Positions 52,677 through 62,853 are shown, counted from the first letter of the stretch. The stretch is DNA of 64,000 bases from an uncultured Gammaproteobacteria bacterium (GCA_964394405.1 CAYMVY010000002.1:92-64091); one strand, 5' to 3'. Numbers and translations: made by a program. Notes: generated from the sequence alone by a model not told the origin.

Positions 52677-53504
52677 ATGTTTAAAAACTTTATTTTTATA
52701 TTATTGATTGGGGGTACTGCTCTTGTTTCCAGTTTTTTTGTCGCTGATTATTTTTTTTCCAAAGAGCGACCGAAGATCCCTCAGATTTCTTCTGGTACAC
52801 CAAGCAATGTGGTCACTACTTCTTCTATTGTGACAAGTACTGAATCAGAACCCAATCCTCAGGAACCTGCAATCACTACGAGCACGGTCAACACAGCAGA
52901 TGAATTGCCACAGAAAGTGCTTCTCACGGTTCCGTTTACACCACAGGCCCCATTTGGTGGCTGGTCAGATCCACGACAGCAGGATGGATGTGAGGAAGCA
53001 TCAGTGGTTATGGCGTGGCGCTGGGCGAATGGCGAAGATCTTACCAGACAAGAAGCGCTTGAAGAGATTACCAATATGTCCAATTGGGAGGAGACTCAGT
53101 ATGGGAGTTATCGTGACACCTCTGCCGCAGACACACTCAAACGCCTGCTTCAAGAATTTTATGGATACAAAGGTGGACGAGTCGAGTATGATATTACACT
53201 TCAAGATGTGAAGCGCGAACTTGCAGCAGGGAATGTCCTTATTATTCCATTTGATGGACAAATTCTTGAAAATCCAAATTTTTTGAATGGGGGACCGGAG
53301 CGCCATATGCTCGTCGCAATTGGATATGATGATACTAAGAAACATATTATCACGAATGACCCTGGTACAAGACTTGGACAAGGATTTACGTATTCATATC
53401 GTAATTTTGAAGACTCGTTTCGTGATTATGAGACTGGGGACCATGAGCCGATAGTGGGGAGGCGGAGCGCGATGATTGTGGTTGAGAAAGTTCGTAGTCA
53501 ATAG
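52677..53504 (+). CDS. Secreted/anchored papain-like cysteine peptidase (Peptidase_C39-like)
   Basis: N-terminal TM/signal. Catalytic Cys context QQDGCEEASVVMA, His HMLVAIGYDD, Asn/Asp ITNDPG. Thr/Ser-rich linker. Confidence 0.65.
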   Translation: MFKNFIFILLIGGTALVSSFFVADYFFSKERPKIPQISSGTPSNVVTTSSIVTSTESEPNPQEPAITTSTVNTADELPQKVLLTVPFTPQAPFGGWSDPRQQDGCEEASVVMAWRWANGEDLTRQEALEEITNMSNWEETQYGSYRDTSAADTLKRLLQEFYGYKGGRVEYDITLQDVKRELAAGNVLIIPFDGQILENPNFLNGGPERHMLVAIGYDDTKKHIITNDPGTRLGQGFTYSYRNFEDSFRDYETGDHEPIVGRRSAMIVVEKVRSQ

Positions 53505-53515
53505 CGAGAAAGTCA

Positions 53516-53534
53516 ATCCCGACTTAGTCGGGAT
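53516..53534. terminator. Hairpin ATCCCGAC-TTA-GTCGGGAT after the C39-like gene
   Basis: Perfect 8-bp stem. No strong T-run, so weaker as an intrinsic terminator. Confidence 0.45.
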
Positions 53535-53616
53535 GAACTAATAATTACTCACTTGACTCTATAGCCTGGATATCGTACAATACTGCTCATTCTAAATTGA
53601 TAGTGATTGTTACCTT

Positions 53617-55665
53617 ATGAGCTATAGAAATAAAGACATTCGATCGAAAATTAAGTGGGGGATTGCAGGTATATTAGTGTTATTAGTTGTATCAAGCGGT
53701 TTTGTGTATCCACAACCACTCAATGCAGTAATTTCACGGCTTAATTCTGTTGCTAAATTAGGGCTTCCTCAGATTCCTGAAACCCCATTCCAGCTCGGAT
53801 TGGATTTGCAGGGTGGAGCTCATTTGGTATATGAAGCAGATATGAGTGCGATTCCTGAGACTAACCGTGCAGATGCTCTTGAGGGTGTGCGTGATGTGAT
53901 TGAGCGTCGTGTGGGAGGAATCGGAGTTTCTGAACCACAAGTACAGACAGGTAAAGTCGGCGATTCATATCGATTGAGTGTTGATTTGCCAGGAATTGGA
54001 AATGTTGAAGATGCAATTAAACTTATTGGTCAGACACCTATTTTGGAATTTAAAGAAGAAAATAAAGAAGCTCCTCGTGATCTCACTAAGGATGAAGAGG
54101 AGTTCATGAAGACATATAATGCTGAGGCAAAGAAAAAAGCTGAAGATATTTTGAAACGTCTCAAGAAAAAGGAAGTGTTCGAAGATCTTGCAAAAGAACT
54201 TTCAGAAGATGAGCAGAGTAAAAATAATGGAGGATATCTGTCATATGTGAATTTGAAAAACATGTATGCGGAGATTTATGACTGGGCAGCAAGTTCGACT
54301 GAAGGGTCGATATCATCACGTGTTATAGAAGCTCCAGATGGATATAATATTTTGAAACGCGGTAAAGAGCGTGATGGTGGAAAAGAAGCGCTTGCAAGTC
54401 ATATTTTGATTTGTTATTTGGGTGCAGTGAATTGTGACGCTCCGATGTTTAACAAAGATGAAGCGCGCGCAAAAGCACAGGAAATTTATGACAAAGCTAC
54501 TGGTGATAATTTTGCGACACTTGCTGAAGAGAATTCAACTGATCCTACCGTGTCCCTCAATCAGGGTGATTTGGGTTGGGTTCCTACTGGTATTATGGTC
54601 CCCGAATTTGAGAACGCTTTGTTCGGATCTGAGAAAGGTCAGATTATTGGCCCAGTCGAAACTCAGTTTGGTTTTCATATTATTTACAAGAAAGATGAAC
54701 GGGTTTCAAAAGAATATGAAGTATCTCGCATCTTGATTAAAACTCATACCAAAGAAGATCTCGTCCCTCCGGTAGATCAGTGGAAAGAGACGGGATTGTC
54801 AGGAAAACAATTGGCTCGTGCAGAGGTAGTCACTGATCAGCAGACTGGTGCGGTACAAGTTGCTCTTAATTTCAACGAAGAGGGTACCAAATTGTTTGCT
54901 GAAATCACTGAGCGCAATCTTAATAAGACTGTTGCTATATTTCTCGATGGCGAAGTAATCAGCGCTCCGACAGTACAGGCAGTCATCCGTGATGGAAAAG
55001 CTGTTATTACTGGTGCTGGAAATATACAGGAGGCGCGTCTTTTGACACAGCGCTTGAATGCGGGAGCGCTTCCAGTTCCTGTTGAGCTTGCAAGCCAGCA
55101 GAAAGTGGGTGCGACATTGGGTGCAGAATCAGTTGCAATGAGTGTAAAAGCAGGAGTCGTGGGTGTGATTATCATTATGTTATTCATGATTCTCTATTAT
55201 CGCCTGCCAGGATTTCTTTCAGTTATCTCATTATCACTCTATATTGTTGTGACTCTCTCTATTTTCAAACTGATCGGTGTCACGCTTACTCTTGCGGGTA
55301 TCGCAGGATTTATTCTGTCGATTGGAATGGCGGTTGATACCAATATTCTCATTTTTGAACGTTTGAAAGAGGAGTTGCAAAGAGGAAAAAGTCTCAAAGT
55401 TGCGGTTGAAGAAGGATTCAAACGAGCATGGACTTCGATTCGAGATGGTAATGTCTCAACGCTTATTACTTGCGTACTTTTGATTTGGCTCGGCACAAGC
55501 TTTGTAAAAGGCTTTGCAGTAGCGCTTATCATTGGTGTATTGGTAAGTCTGTTTAGTGCGATTACTGCAACTCGTGTAATGCTCCGATTTGTGGTGCCTT
55601 GGTTTACCAAACGCGATGGTGGAAAGTTATTCCTCGGCAGTGGCCATTCTACTGAACAAAAATAA
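53617..55665 (+). CDS. secD: Protein translocase subunit SecD with an inserted PpiC-type (parvulin) PPIase domain
   Basis: SecD N-terminal TM and P1 domain, C-terminal 6-TM core. A central ~100-aa segment ASHILICY...GDLGWVPTGIMVPEFENALF...IGPVETQFGFHIIYKKDE matches the parvulin signature. Confidence 0.8.
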   Translation: MSYRNKDIRSKIKWGIAGILVLLVVSSGFVYPQPLNAVISRLNSVAKLGLPQIPETPFQLGLDLQGGAHLVYEADMSAIPETNRADALEGVRDVIERRVGGIGVSEPQVQTGKVGDSYRLSVDLPGIGNVEDAIKLIGQTPILEFKEENKEAPRDLTKDEEEFMKTYNAEAKKKAEDILKRLKKKEVFEDLAKELSEDEQSKNNGGYLSYVNLKNMYAEIYDWAASSTEGSISSRVIEAPDGYNILKRGKERDGGKEALASHILICYLGAVNCDAPMFNKDEARAKAQEIYDKATGDNFATLAEENSTDPTVSLNQGDLGWVPTGIMVPEFENALFGSEKGQIIGPVETQFGFHIIYKKDERVSKEYEVSRILIKTHTKEDLVPPVDQWKETGLSGKQLARAEVVTDQQTGAVQVALNFNEEGTKLFAEITERNLNKTVAIFLDGEVISAPTVQAVIRDGKAVITGAGNIQEARLLTQRLNAGALPVPVELASQQKVGATLGAESVAMSVKAGVVGVIIIMLFMILYYRLPGFLSVISLSLYIVVTLSIFKLIGVTLTLAGIAGFILSIGMAVDTNILIFERLKEELQRGKSLKVAVEEGFKRAWTSIRDGNVSTLITCVLLIWLGTSFVKGFAVALIIGVLVSLFSAITATRVMLRFVVPWFTKRDGGKLFLGSGHSTEQK

Positions 55666-55670
55666 TACCT

Positions 55671-56600
55671 ATGAATATTTCCTTTGTTTCAAAACGAAAT
55701 TATTTCTTCTTGATCTCGATTGTATTTGTTGCGGTGAGTATCGTAAGTCTCATTATGTATGGTCTCAAACCAGGGATTGATTTTACGGGTGGCACCTTGG
55801 TTGAGTTGAAATTTACTCATGAGAGGCCAACTCTTTCAGAGATACAAGAAATTGTTCCTGAGTCGACCTATGGATCAAGTATTATCCAGTCTGTTGGAGA
55901 CATGGGATATCTGTTGCGTCTACGCTTTATCTCGGAAGAAGAACATCAGCAGATTCTTGCGAGTGCTCGGGAAAAATTTGAAGTAGCGGGAACAAGTGAA
56001 ACTCCTGAGAATCGAGTTCTTGAGGAAAGTATTGAGACTATCGGTCCTGCAATCAGTGAATCTCTGAGAGAGCGATCGGTCCAGGCGGTGATTGCGGTTT
56101 TACTTACGATTGGTGCCTATATCGCGTATACCTTCAGAAAAGTTTCACGTCCAGTCGCTTCGTGGAAATACGGACTTGCTGCTATTATCGCACTTTTCCA
56201 TAATATACTTATTACGATTGGTGTTTTTTCTCTTTTGGGACATTTTCATGGCGTAGAAGTCGGTATTTCGTTTGTACTCGCACTTCTCACGATTCTTGGT
56301 TTTTCGGTACACGATACTATTGTGGTGTTTGACCGTATTCGAGAAAACCTGAATCGATATGGGGCAAATGAGTTTGAGTCATTGGTCGATCGAGCGCTTA
56401 ATGAGACTTTTGTCCGTTCGATTAATACTTCGATTACGGTATTGATTGTATTATTCTCACTTTTTGTATTCGGAGGAGAATCAATCAGATACTTCGTACT
56501 TGCGCTGATTGTGGGCATCTTCTTTGGAACATATTCTTCGATTTTTATTGCGTCACCACTTTTGGTGGTTTCACATCGGTTGTCACGGAAGAGAGCGTAA
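55671..56600 (+). CDS. secF: Protein translocase subunit SecF
   Basis: LKPGIDFTGGT.., a 6-TM core, and its position after secD. Confidence 0.9.
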   Translation: MNISFVSKRNYFFLISIVFVAVSIVSLIMYGLKPGIDFTGGTLVELKFTHERPTLSEIQEIVPESTYGSSIIQSVGDMGYLLRLRFISEEEHQQILASAREKFEVAGTSETPENRVLEESIETIGPAISESLRERSVQAVIAVLLTIGAYIAYTFRKVSRPVASWKYGLAAIIALFHNILITIGVFSLLGHFHGVEVGISFVLALLTILGFSVHDTIVVFDRIRENLNRYGANEFESLVDRALNETFVRSINTSITVLIVLFSLFVFGGESIRYFVLALIVGIFFGTYSSIFIASPLLVVSHRLSRKRA

Positions 56601-56696
56601 CTCAAAACGTAAAGTTTAAAGCTTAAAACTATAACTCAAATCTCAAAGGTTTGAGTTTTTAGTTTCAGTTTTGCGTTTTGACATTTGAGTTTTGAA
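56599..56696. repeat. Palindromic AAACTCAAA/TTTGAGTT dispersed element, copy 3
   Basis: taactcaaaacgtaaagtttaaagcttaaaactataactcaaatctcaaaggtttgagtttttagtttcagttttgcgttttgacatttgagttttg. Confidence 0.7.
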
Positions 56697-56733
56697 TTTT
56701 CTATGCTATACTTTTCCTATAACTATTCTTCAT

Positions 56734-56910
56734 ATGACCGATACTTCCACTCGTCACATCATAGCATTCCTCGGAACCCTTGCATTTCTGATTGTCTTTT
56801 TGGCCGGATATGTGGCTGGAACGCTTGGCTGGTGGCTTGCTGCGGTTATCGTGCTCTCTCTCTATCCGATCATCTATAAATTGGTCAATGCTTCTTCTGG
56901 ACATCACTAG
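56734..56910 (+). CDS. Small membrane protein (hypothetical)
   Basis: MTDTSTRHIIAFLGTLAFLIVFLAGYVAGTLGWWLAAVIVLSLYPIIYKL has two TM helices. Confidence 0.4.
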   Translation: MTDTSTRHIIAFLGTLAFLIVFLAGYVAGTLGWWLAAVIVLSLYPIIYKLVNASSGHH

Positions 56911-56922
56911 TCCGAATATTGT

Positions 56923-58362
56923 ATGGATTTTGGCTTGTTTACCTTTAATTTTTCAGACATTTTTTCGTTTCTTGATCAACCGACATCGAGTATTTTTATT
57001 CAGTTATTTGCCATTATCCTCTGGGTTCCCTTGGTAAATTTTTTGTTGATGGAAATTCTAAACACATTCCACCATTATCGCGTCCATCAATCTACCCACC
57101 ACTGGAAACATGTAGTTCTTGCAATCGATATTCCACAGCTCAATGTACAGACGCCAAAGGCGGTAGAGCAGCTTTTTTCTCATCTTGCTGCAGTATTCAG
57201 TAAGCCTGATCTCAGAGAGAAATTTATTGAGGGATATCAACAGAAGTGGTTTAGTTTTGAAATTATTAGTATTGAGGGGTACATACAATTCCTCGTATGG
57301 ACCGAAGAGCAATATCGAGATTTGATGGAAACAGCTATCTATGCCCAGTATCCAGAAGCTGAAATTACTGAGGTAGAGGATTACGTATCGTTTGCCCCTG
57401 ATACCTATCCTAATCAGGAATATGATATTTGGGCGGGTGAATTCGCGCTTGCAGAAGATGCGGCTTTTCCTATTCGTACGTATGAAGAGTTTGAACACTC
57501 TATTTCAAAGGATACGGTATTGAAGGACCCTATGGGTACGATGCTCGAAAGCTTTTCACGTATTGGACATGGAGAGCAGATGTGGTTTCAGATTTTAGTC
57601 GAACCAATTGACAATGAGTGGAAAGAAAGCGTCATTGCAAAAATTAAAGAGTTTATTGGAGAAGAAGATGCACACGGACATGGACATGGATCACCATTGA
57701 GTTTTCTTACTGATAATTTTTTGGTAACTGAGGCAAAAGGTCTTTTACAAGAAGCGGGTAGGCAAGTGGCAGGAATGGGTGGGGGCGGGCATGAAGAACA
57801 CGCAGAAGAGAAGGTAGATAAAAATCAGCTCAAGTATATGACTCCAGGGCAAGTGAAGCTGGTCGAAGCAATGGAGAAAAAGATTCAGAAAATTGGATTC
57901 AAGACCAATATTCGTGCAGTCTATATTGCGCGTAAAGAAATTTTTAATACCGCACGCGGAGTTACTGCACTCAAGGGGTCACTTAGTCAGTTCAATATTC
58001 CGAGCGCAAATTCTATTGTGACTGAAAAAACAACAGGCGCGAGAAAGCCACAGGTGTCTAATAAGAAAAAAGCTACATATATTGCGGCGTATAAAAAACG
58101 CAAGATGGGTCTTGAAGTAAAACCATTTGTTCTGAATATCGAAGAGCTGGCGACACTCTGGCATTTCCCAATGTCACATGTGAAGACGCCTTTGCTTCAG
58201 AAGGCATCAAGCAAGGCTGCAGAACCGCCTTCTGGATTGCCGGTGGAATTTGTACCCGCTCCTGTTGCCGAAGCTCCTACGACCCATGCAAATGGCCAAA
58301 AAAAGCGTATTGTGACTGATTCGGGTGAGGAGATTGTGACAGATGAGGAAGAGTACGGTTAA
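56923..58362 (+). CDS. Hypothetical membrane-anchored protein (479 aa) with His/Gly-rich segment
   Basis: N-terminal TM. No P-loop. HGHGHG and GMGGGGHEEH segments. Family not recognised. Confidence 0.5.
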   Translation: MDFGLFTFNFSDIFSFLDQPTSSIFIQLFAIILWVPLVNFLLMEILNTFHHYRVHQSTHHWKHVVLAIDIPQLNVQTPKAVEQLFSHLAAVFSKPDLREKFIEGYQQKWFSFEIISIEGYIQFLVWTEEQYRDLMETAIYAQYPEAEITEVEDYVSFAPDTYPNQEYDIWAGEFALAEDAAFPIRTYEEFEHSISKDTVLKDPMGTMLESFSRIGHGEQMWFQILVEPIDNEWKESVIAKIKEFIGEEDAHGHGHGSPLSFLTDNFLVTEAKGLLQEAGRQVAGMGGGGHEEHAEEKVDKNQLKYMTPGQVKLVEAMEKKIQKIGFKTNIRAVYIARKEIFNTARGVTALKGSLSQFNIPSANSIVTEKTTGARKPQVSNKKKATYIAAYKKRKMGLEVKPFVLNIEELATLWHFPMSHVKTPLLQKASSKAAEPPSGLPVEFVPAPVAEAPTTHANGQKKRIVTDSGEEIVTDEEEYG

Positions 58363-58389
58363 TTTTAGTGAAAATAATTTTTTGGTAGT

Positions 58390-59328
58390 ATGGTAAATTT
58401 AGATGAACAGAATTCATCGGGTACACCGAGTGTTCCGTTGGTTAATACAAAACGTACTCAAATATTTGTGTTAGTTGGTGTGATTTTTATCTTATCTATT
58501 TTTTTGAATTTGTTTTTTCTTTTTAAAGTTGATGAAAGACTAGGTCCGAAGAAAAATTTTGTACAAAAAGAAATACCCCAGAAAGAGAGGACTTTCATTG
58601 AAGAAAAAATAATTGTTAACACAACAACGATACAAAGTGGTGATTTATTACAACAGACACACACTATTGATAAACAAGTGAGTAATGGTGGAATTTTGTG
58701 GTTAGGTATGAAGACTGTGCAAAGCAGAGACCAGTCCACATCCCATAGTGCATCTAATTATGAACTATGGCGTATTGATGGCAGTAACAGCTCTCTCATT
58801 GAAAATTTTACTATATCTTGGTGTGATGATGTTACATGGGATCTTAATAGTGGAGGTGGAATTGATTTGTTGTACAGTAGGTCACCTTGCGAGGCTATTC
58901 AGGTTCAGACTCATATTGTCTATGATAGCGAAGCTGTCGAGCAATTTAGAATTGAGTACAACACGGGTGGTGGAGGACAATTTGAATTTAAACAATTTTT
59001 TAAACCTCATTATACCGTTAGTCTAGTTACTGAAGGAGTTTGTGAAGGTGTGGTTCCTCAGTCTCCGGCTGAACCTGTAGTACCAAGCGTTATGCTAAAG
59101 GGAATAAAACTTACTACGTTCAAGGGAGATGATGAGGTGGAAAATATATTTACTTTGCCGAAGTTAGAAAAAGTCTCCTGTGGTGTAGGCTATGGTGACT
59201 CGATCACTGATCCACTAATTAAGGAACCTATCTTTGATGAAGAAAAGATTGAATTTGTTTTACCGAATAAACAAACAGCAATAATTTCTTTGAAATCATC
59301 TGACTACGCACAAGTGCGGTTTAAATAG
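58390..59328 (+). CDS. Hypothetical membrane-anchored/secreted protein (312 aa)
   Basis: N-terminal TM followed by a soluble domain. No recognisable family. Confidence 0.5.
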   Translation: MVNLDEQNSSGTPSVPLVNTKRTQIFVLVGVIFILSIFLNLFFLFKVDERLGPKKNFVQKEIPQKERTFIEEKIIVNTTTIQSGDLLQQTHTIDKQVSNGGILWLGMKTVQSRDQSTSHSASNYELWRIDGSNSSLIENFTISWCDDVTWDLNSGGGIDLLYSRSPCEAIQVQTHIVYDSEAVEQFRIEYNTGGGGQFEFKQFFKPHYTVSLVTEGVCEGVVPQSPAEPVVPSVMLKGIKLTTFKGDDEVENIFTLPKLEKVSCGVGYGDSITDPLIKEPIFDEEKIEFVLPNKQTAIISLKSSDYAQVRFK

Positions 59329-59350
59329 GTAGAATTGTTAAAAAAACCGT

Positions 59351-59384
59351 TTACCTCAGGTAAACGGTTTTTTGGTGTTAGTAT
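59351..59384. terminator. Rho-independent terminator (AACCGTTTACC-TCA-GGTAAACGGTT + T-run)
   Basis: aaaaaaccgtttacctcaggtaaacggttttttgg. Confidence 0.8.
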
Positions 59385-59507
59385 TGACAAACTTATGTCT
59401 TTTTGGTAGATTCATCTATCAACTATTGTCTACTGCGCTGGCTGTATAGTATGTACATCTGGCGCAGCCGGCAATCCCGCCATCAGAGGCTGCCAAGGAG
59501 AATCGAA

Positions 59508-59840
59508 ATGATTCACGTGTTCCGTCAGATGAGTGAATGGCATCACCGGTATCCTGAAAAGTGCGAAAAGACGATCCCTACTGATACAACGGTGGGTTCG
59601 GCTGAGTTCGCTCGTCTGCCTGACCTGGGACGTTGTCCCTCCTGTGTCGGGTATCTCTACGCCAAGGGGCGAGGACATCACGAGAGCATCTTCCATGCAC
59701 TCTGTCCGGTCGGAAGGCATCTGACTACCGTCTGCGGGAAGTCTGTCGGGATCAATGAGATTCCTCTCAAGGAGTTCCACATGCTCCCGCCTGAGCGTAA
59801 GTGTGAGAAGTGCGCTGAGCTCGTTCGTTCTTTCAAGTAA
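59508..59840 (+). CDS. High-GC Cys-rich (zinc-ribbon-like) hypothetical protein with SD AAGGAG
   Basis: CEK..CPSC..C..C..CEKC cysteine pattern. aaggagaatcgaaATG. GC clearly above background. Confidence 0.5.
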   Translation: MIHVFRQMSEWHHRYPEKCEKTIPTDTTVGSAEFARLPDLGRCPSCVGYLYAKGRGHHESIFHALCPVGRHLTTVCGKSVGINEIPLKEFHMLPPERKCEKCAELVRSFK

Positions 59841-60052
59841 TCGCAGTGGTCTGTCGGATGTGCTAGTTCTGCCTCAATCGTGATCATTGCGTGGTCGCTC
59901 CCGAATGTTGTAAATATCTATAGATTGTAGAAAAAAAGAAAAATATTTAAAACATAACATAAGCGGCCGACGGGGGAAATGAGAAATTGATTGAATATTA
60001 CAAAACCCCGAAGCCAAATATTATTTTGTTCACTACGAAGTAATTGAGGATT

Positions 60053-60080
60053 AAAAAACACCCGCATTAAGGTGTTTTTT
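60053..60080. terminator. Terminator hairpin ACACC-CGCATTAA-GGTGT + T-run
   Basis: aaaaaacacccgcattaaggtgtttttt. Confidence 0.6.
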
Positions 60081-60095
60081 AATTTTAGCTGATTA

Positions 60096-60155
60096 TTTTT
60101 AGTTTTAAGCTTTAAGTTTCAGTTTTGAATTTTGCGTTTTTAGTTTTGAACTATA
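60096..60155. repeat. Half copy of the AAACTCAAA/TTTGAGTT element family (copy 4)
   Basis: agttttaagctttaagtttcagttttgaattttgcgtttttagttttgaactata. Its reverse complement contains aaagcttaaaact and aaaacgcaaaa, as in copies 1-3. Confidence 0.6.
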
Positions 60156-60641
60156 AAATCGTACTGCTTCAATTCCTCCGACCAATACTCCCGTATAGAA
60201 GAAATCACTCAATAAACTATTTCGGAAGAAGGGGAGAGCGAGGTAGTAGCTTTCCATAAGTCCGGCAATAGTTCGTGGGTAGAGCGCGCCAAATGCCCAG
60301 ACCATGGTATTAGTGACGAAGTAGAATAGGATCGAGCTTGCCAGGGTAATTCCAATTATTGTCCCAACATTTTTGTGCTTTTTTGCCCAGGTACCAAAAT
60401 AGGTTGTGGCAAGCAAACATCCGTATACTGATACCATGACTAGTGGATGGTAGAAGCCAATGAATAGATCGCTTACGAGCATTGCAGTCATTGGCACGAT
60501 ATATGCCAGTTTGCGGGGTAGATATAGCCCTCCTACGAGTGCTAGGGCGGTAATTGGTACAAAGTTTGGGCTATGCGGCATAAGGCGTGCTAGGACCCCG
60601 TATGCTGCCAAAGCGATGACTAGGATAAGGTATTTTTTCAT
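60105..60641 (-). CDS. Small polytopic membrane protein
   Basis: 178 aa, 5-6 TM helices. Immediately downstream of the surface-protein pair. Resembles the sizes and topology of ECF-transporter S components. Confidence 0.4.
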   Translation of the reverse strand: MKKYLILVIALAAYGVLARLMPHSPNFVPITALALVGGLYLPRKLAYIVPMTAMLVSDLFIGFYHPLVMVSVYGCLLATTYFGTWAKKHKNVGTIIGITLASSILFYFVTNTMVWAFGALYPRTIAGLMESYYLALPFFRNSLLSDFFYTGVLVGGIEAVRFYSSKLKTQNSKLKLKA

Positions 60642-60666
60642 AGTGAGTAGATTATATCATCAATGC

Positions 60667-62853
60667 TTATTTTTTTGAAGACTTCCTGCTTATACCCATA
60701 TATCCGGTGAGCAGGATGAATATGGTAAGTGATATGATGAATATATATGTATTTGTATTACTTTTGGGTTTGGGTGTTTCTATTACCTCGCCTTGATCTT
60801 GTAGTTCTATCACTTCTTCGGTAAGCGGCTGAGTATTTTTCTCTTCTACTATTTCTGTATTTTCAATTCTCTCTCCGAGTACTACAGGTTCCCGATATGT
60901 GACAACTTGTATTGTATTCGCTTCCTCGGGTACTATCACATTTTCTTCTTCTATTACTACCGCGACTTCAGGAGTGGAAGTAGTGATTGGGTTTTCTGTC
61001 TGAGTTGTTGTGACAAAAATGGTAGAAGTAGTAACTGGTGCGGTTGATGTGACTGTTGGAGTTGGAGTGGTGGTTGTCGTAGTACCAATTGCCCCGGTAT
61101 TAGTTGGGTTCTGTACTGTGCTTGGTTTGTTGAAACCGGAAAGAATCGACCCCCATTTTTTTTCGAGTACACCAGGAATTGCGTATGACGTAGCCCAAAT
61201 TCGATTGGTAAGTATATCACCAGACAAAAGTCCGCCATCAGTGTCCTGGTTTTTAGTAATATAGGTTATTCCAGAATTGTCTCCCATTTTCCATGTTTCT
61301 GCAGTTTCACCAAGTGCCTGAATTGCCTGAAGTGTCCAACCGGTTGCGTATACATTTCCAAAACTTCCATCAGTTCCTTGAATTGATTTGAGATATGCTT
61401 TTGCTTTTGTAAGTGCTTCTTCTACACCAGAAATACCTGAGGTCATAGAAAGTGCCTGGATTCCGGCTGCAGTAAGGTCGACTGAGCCAAATGATCCGAC
61501 CTGATTTTGACTTGCAATAATATGTTTTGTCGTGCTTACGATTAGTTGATCCTGCGCTGTATAACCGGCTTTGAGTAGAGGAACGAGAGCAAAGATGTCA
61601 TCGTTCACCAGTCCGGCATCCCCAAATTGGTTACCGTCATATCCGTCGAGAATGGCTTGAATGTAGTTGGTTTTGGTTCCGGTGTAGGGATTGATTCCAA
61701 GAGACATTAGACCCATTGCGCGACGTGCATAGTTGGTCGTGTGGTTGGGGCCATCAAGCGGATTTGGATCTGTAAGTAGATATGTTGAAAGTTTCGATTT
61801 ACCCATTTGTTCACCAGTCCAGGCGCCGTATGCAATTGCAGCCCAGTCGCTCACGAATGCGCTTGATCCGAATGATCCATCGGCGTTCTGTTTTGCGTCA
61901 AGAAACGCAATCATCTGTTCTACTGGATTCTTGGTGGTGCAACATGAACCACCACCTCCGCTCCCTCCGCCTGGGCTGGTCGGCGGGGGAGTTACTGGAA
62001 TTTCTCTAGCCGTAATGGTGCGTTCTGTGGTTACATATCCTGATTTTGACACTAGAATAGTGTAGGGCTCTACGGTGGTTATTGAGAGTGTTGTTGTGTT
62101 TGAACTTGGTATTTCTTCTATACCGTTTATACTGATAGTTGAATTAGTACTCGGAAGCCATACGGGATTCCACGATGTATCAAGACCAAATTCGTAGATC
62201 GAAACGATTACTGAATCTCCTACGTGCGGAGAGGTTGTAGAAAGCTCGATTTTGAGAGGAATCGTATTGTATTGAATTAGTATCTCATCCCCTTCGATTA
62301 GGGTGTATGCATTTAGAGCAATTGATCCATATTCCAGATTGATAAAATACCCCCAGAAATTGTTTGCACTAAAATCATTGTGTACACCATTGATCGAATC
62401 AAGGAATGCATCAGTGCCAAAGAAATTCCAGGTTGAGGTTAATCCCGGTGCCTGATCCACCAGACATTTTGCATTGAGTGTGTATTCTGTTGATGCTTCA
62501 TATGGTTTACAGGCAGTGACGGTAAGAGTCTCGTTAAAGAGAATGTTTCCATTTGCTACTACATACAGCCGCGCAGAAACAGTTGGGAGTGTTGTTGTAG
62601 GTGTTGCTATTATTTCTTCTGTCACCTGTGCATCAGTCGAGGTCGTGGTAGTTTCTTGTAGGTCTTCTGTTTGAATTTCTTCTATTTCGAGTAGAGGAGC
62701 TTCTTCTATTTCTTCGGGTGCGGGTATGTTTTCTGGAATTTCTATACTCTCTGGTGCTGTTGTTTCGGGAATTGCGTCTTCTGCATGTACTGATACAGTT
62801 ATTGAGAAAGACAGTGCAAGGATAATGAATAGGCTAGAGTATTTCTTTTTCAT
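60667..62853 (-). CDS. Cell-surface protein: signal peptide, DUF4430-like beta-domain, alpha/alpha-toroid domain with QxDGSFG repeats, Thr-rich stalk, C-terminal TM anchor
   Basis: MKKKYSSLFIILALSFS signal. Repeats QNADGSFGS, QNQVGSFGS, QGTDGSFGN, QDTDGGLLS. Stalk TTTTTPTPTVTSTAPVTTST. C-terminal IFIISLTIFILLTGYMGISRKSSKK. Confidence 0.6.
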   Translation of the reverse strand: MKKKYSSLFIILALSFSITVSVHAEDAIPETTAPESIEIPENIPAPEEIEEAPLLEIEEIQTEDLQETTTTSTDAQVTEEIIATPTTTLPTVSARLYVVANGNILFNETLTVTACKPYEASTEYTLNAKCLVDQAPGLTSTWNFFGTDAFLDSINGVHNDFSANNFWGYFINLEYGSIALNAYTLIEGDEILIQYNTIPLKIELSTTSPHVGDSVIVSIYEFGLDTSWNPVWLPSTNSTISINGIEEIPSSNTTTLSITTVEPYTILVSKSGYVTTERTITAREIPVTPPPTSPGGGSGGGGSCCTTKNPVEQMIAFLDAKQNADGSFGSSAFVSDWAAIAYGAWTGEQMGKSKLSTYLLTDPNPLDGPNHTTNYARRAMGLMSLGINPYTGTKTNYIQAILDGYDGNQFGDAGLVNDDIFALVPLLKAGYTAQDQLIVSTTKHIIASQNQVGSFGSVDLTAAGIQALSMTSGISGVEEALTKAKAYLKSIQGTDGSFGNVYATGWTLQAIQALGETAETWKMGDNSGITYITKNQDTDGGLLSGDILTNRIWATSYAIPGVLEKKWGSILSGFNKPSTVQNPTNTGAIGTTTTTTPTPTVTSTAPVTTSTIFVTTTQTENPITTSTPEVAVVIEEENVIVPEEANTIQVVTYREPVVLGERIENTEIVEEKNTQPLTEEVIELQDQGEVIETPKPKSNTNTYIFIISLTIFILLTGYMGISRKSSKK

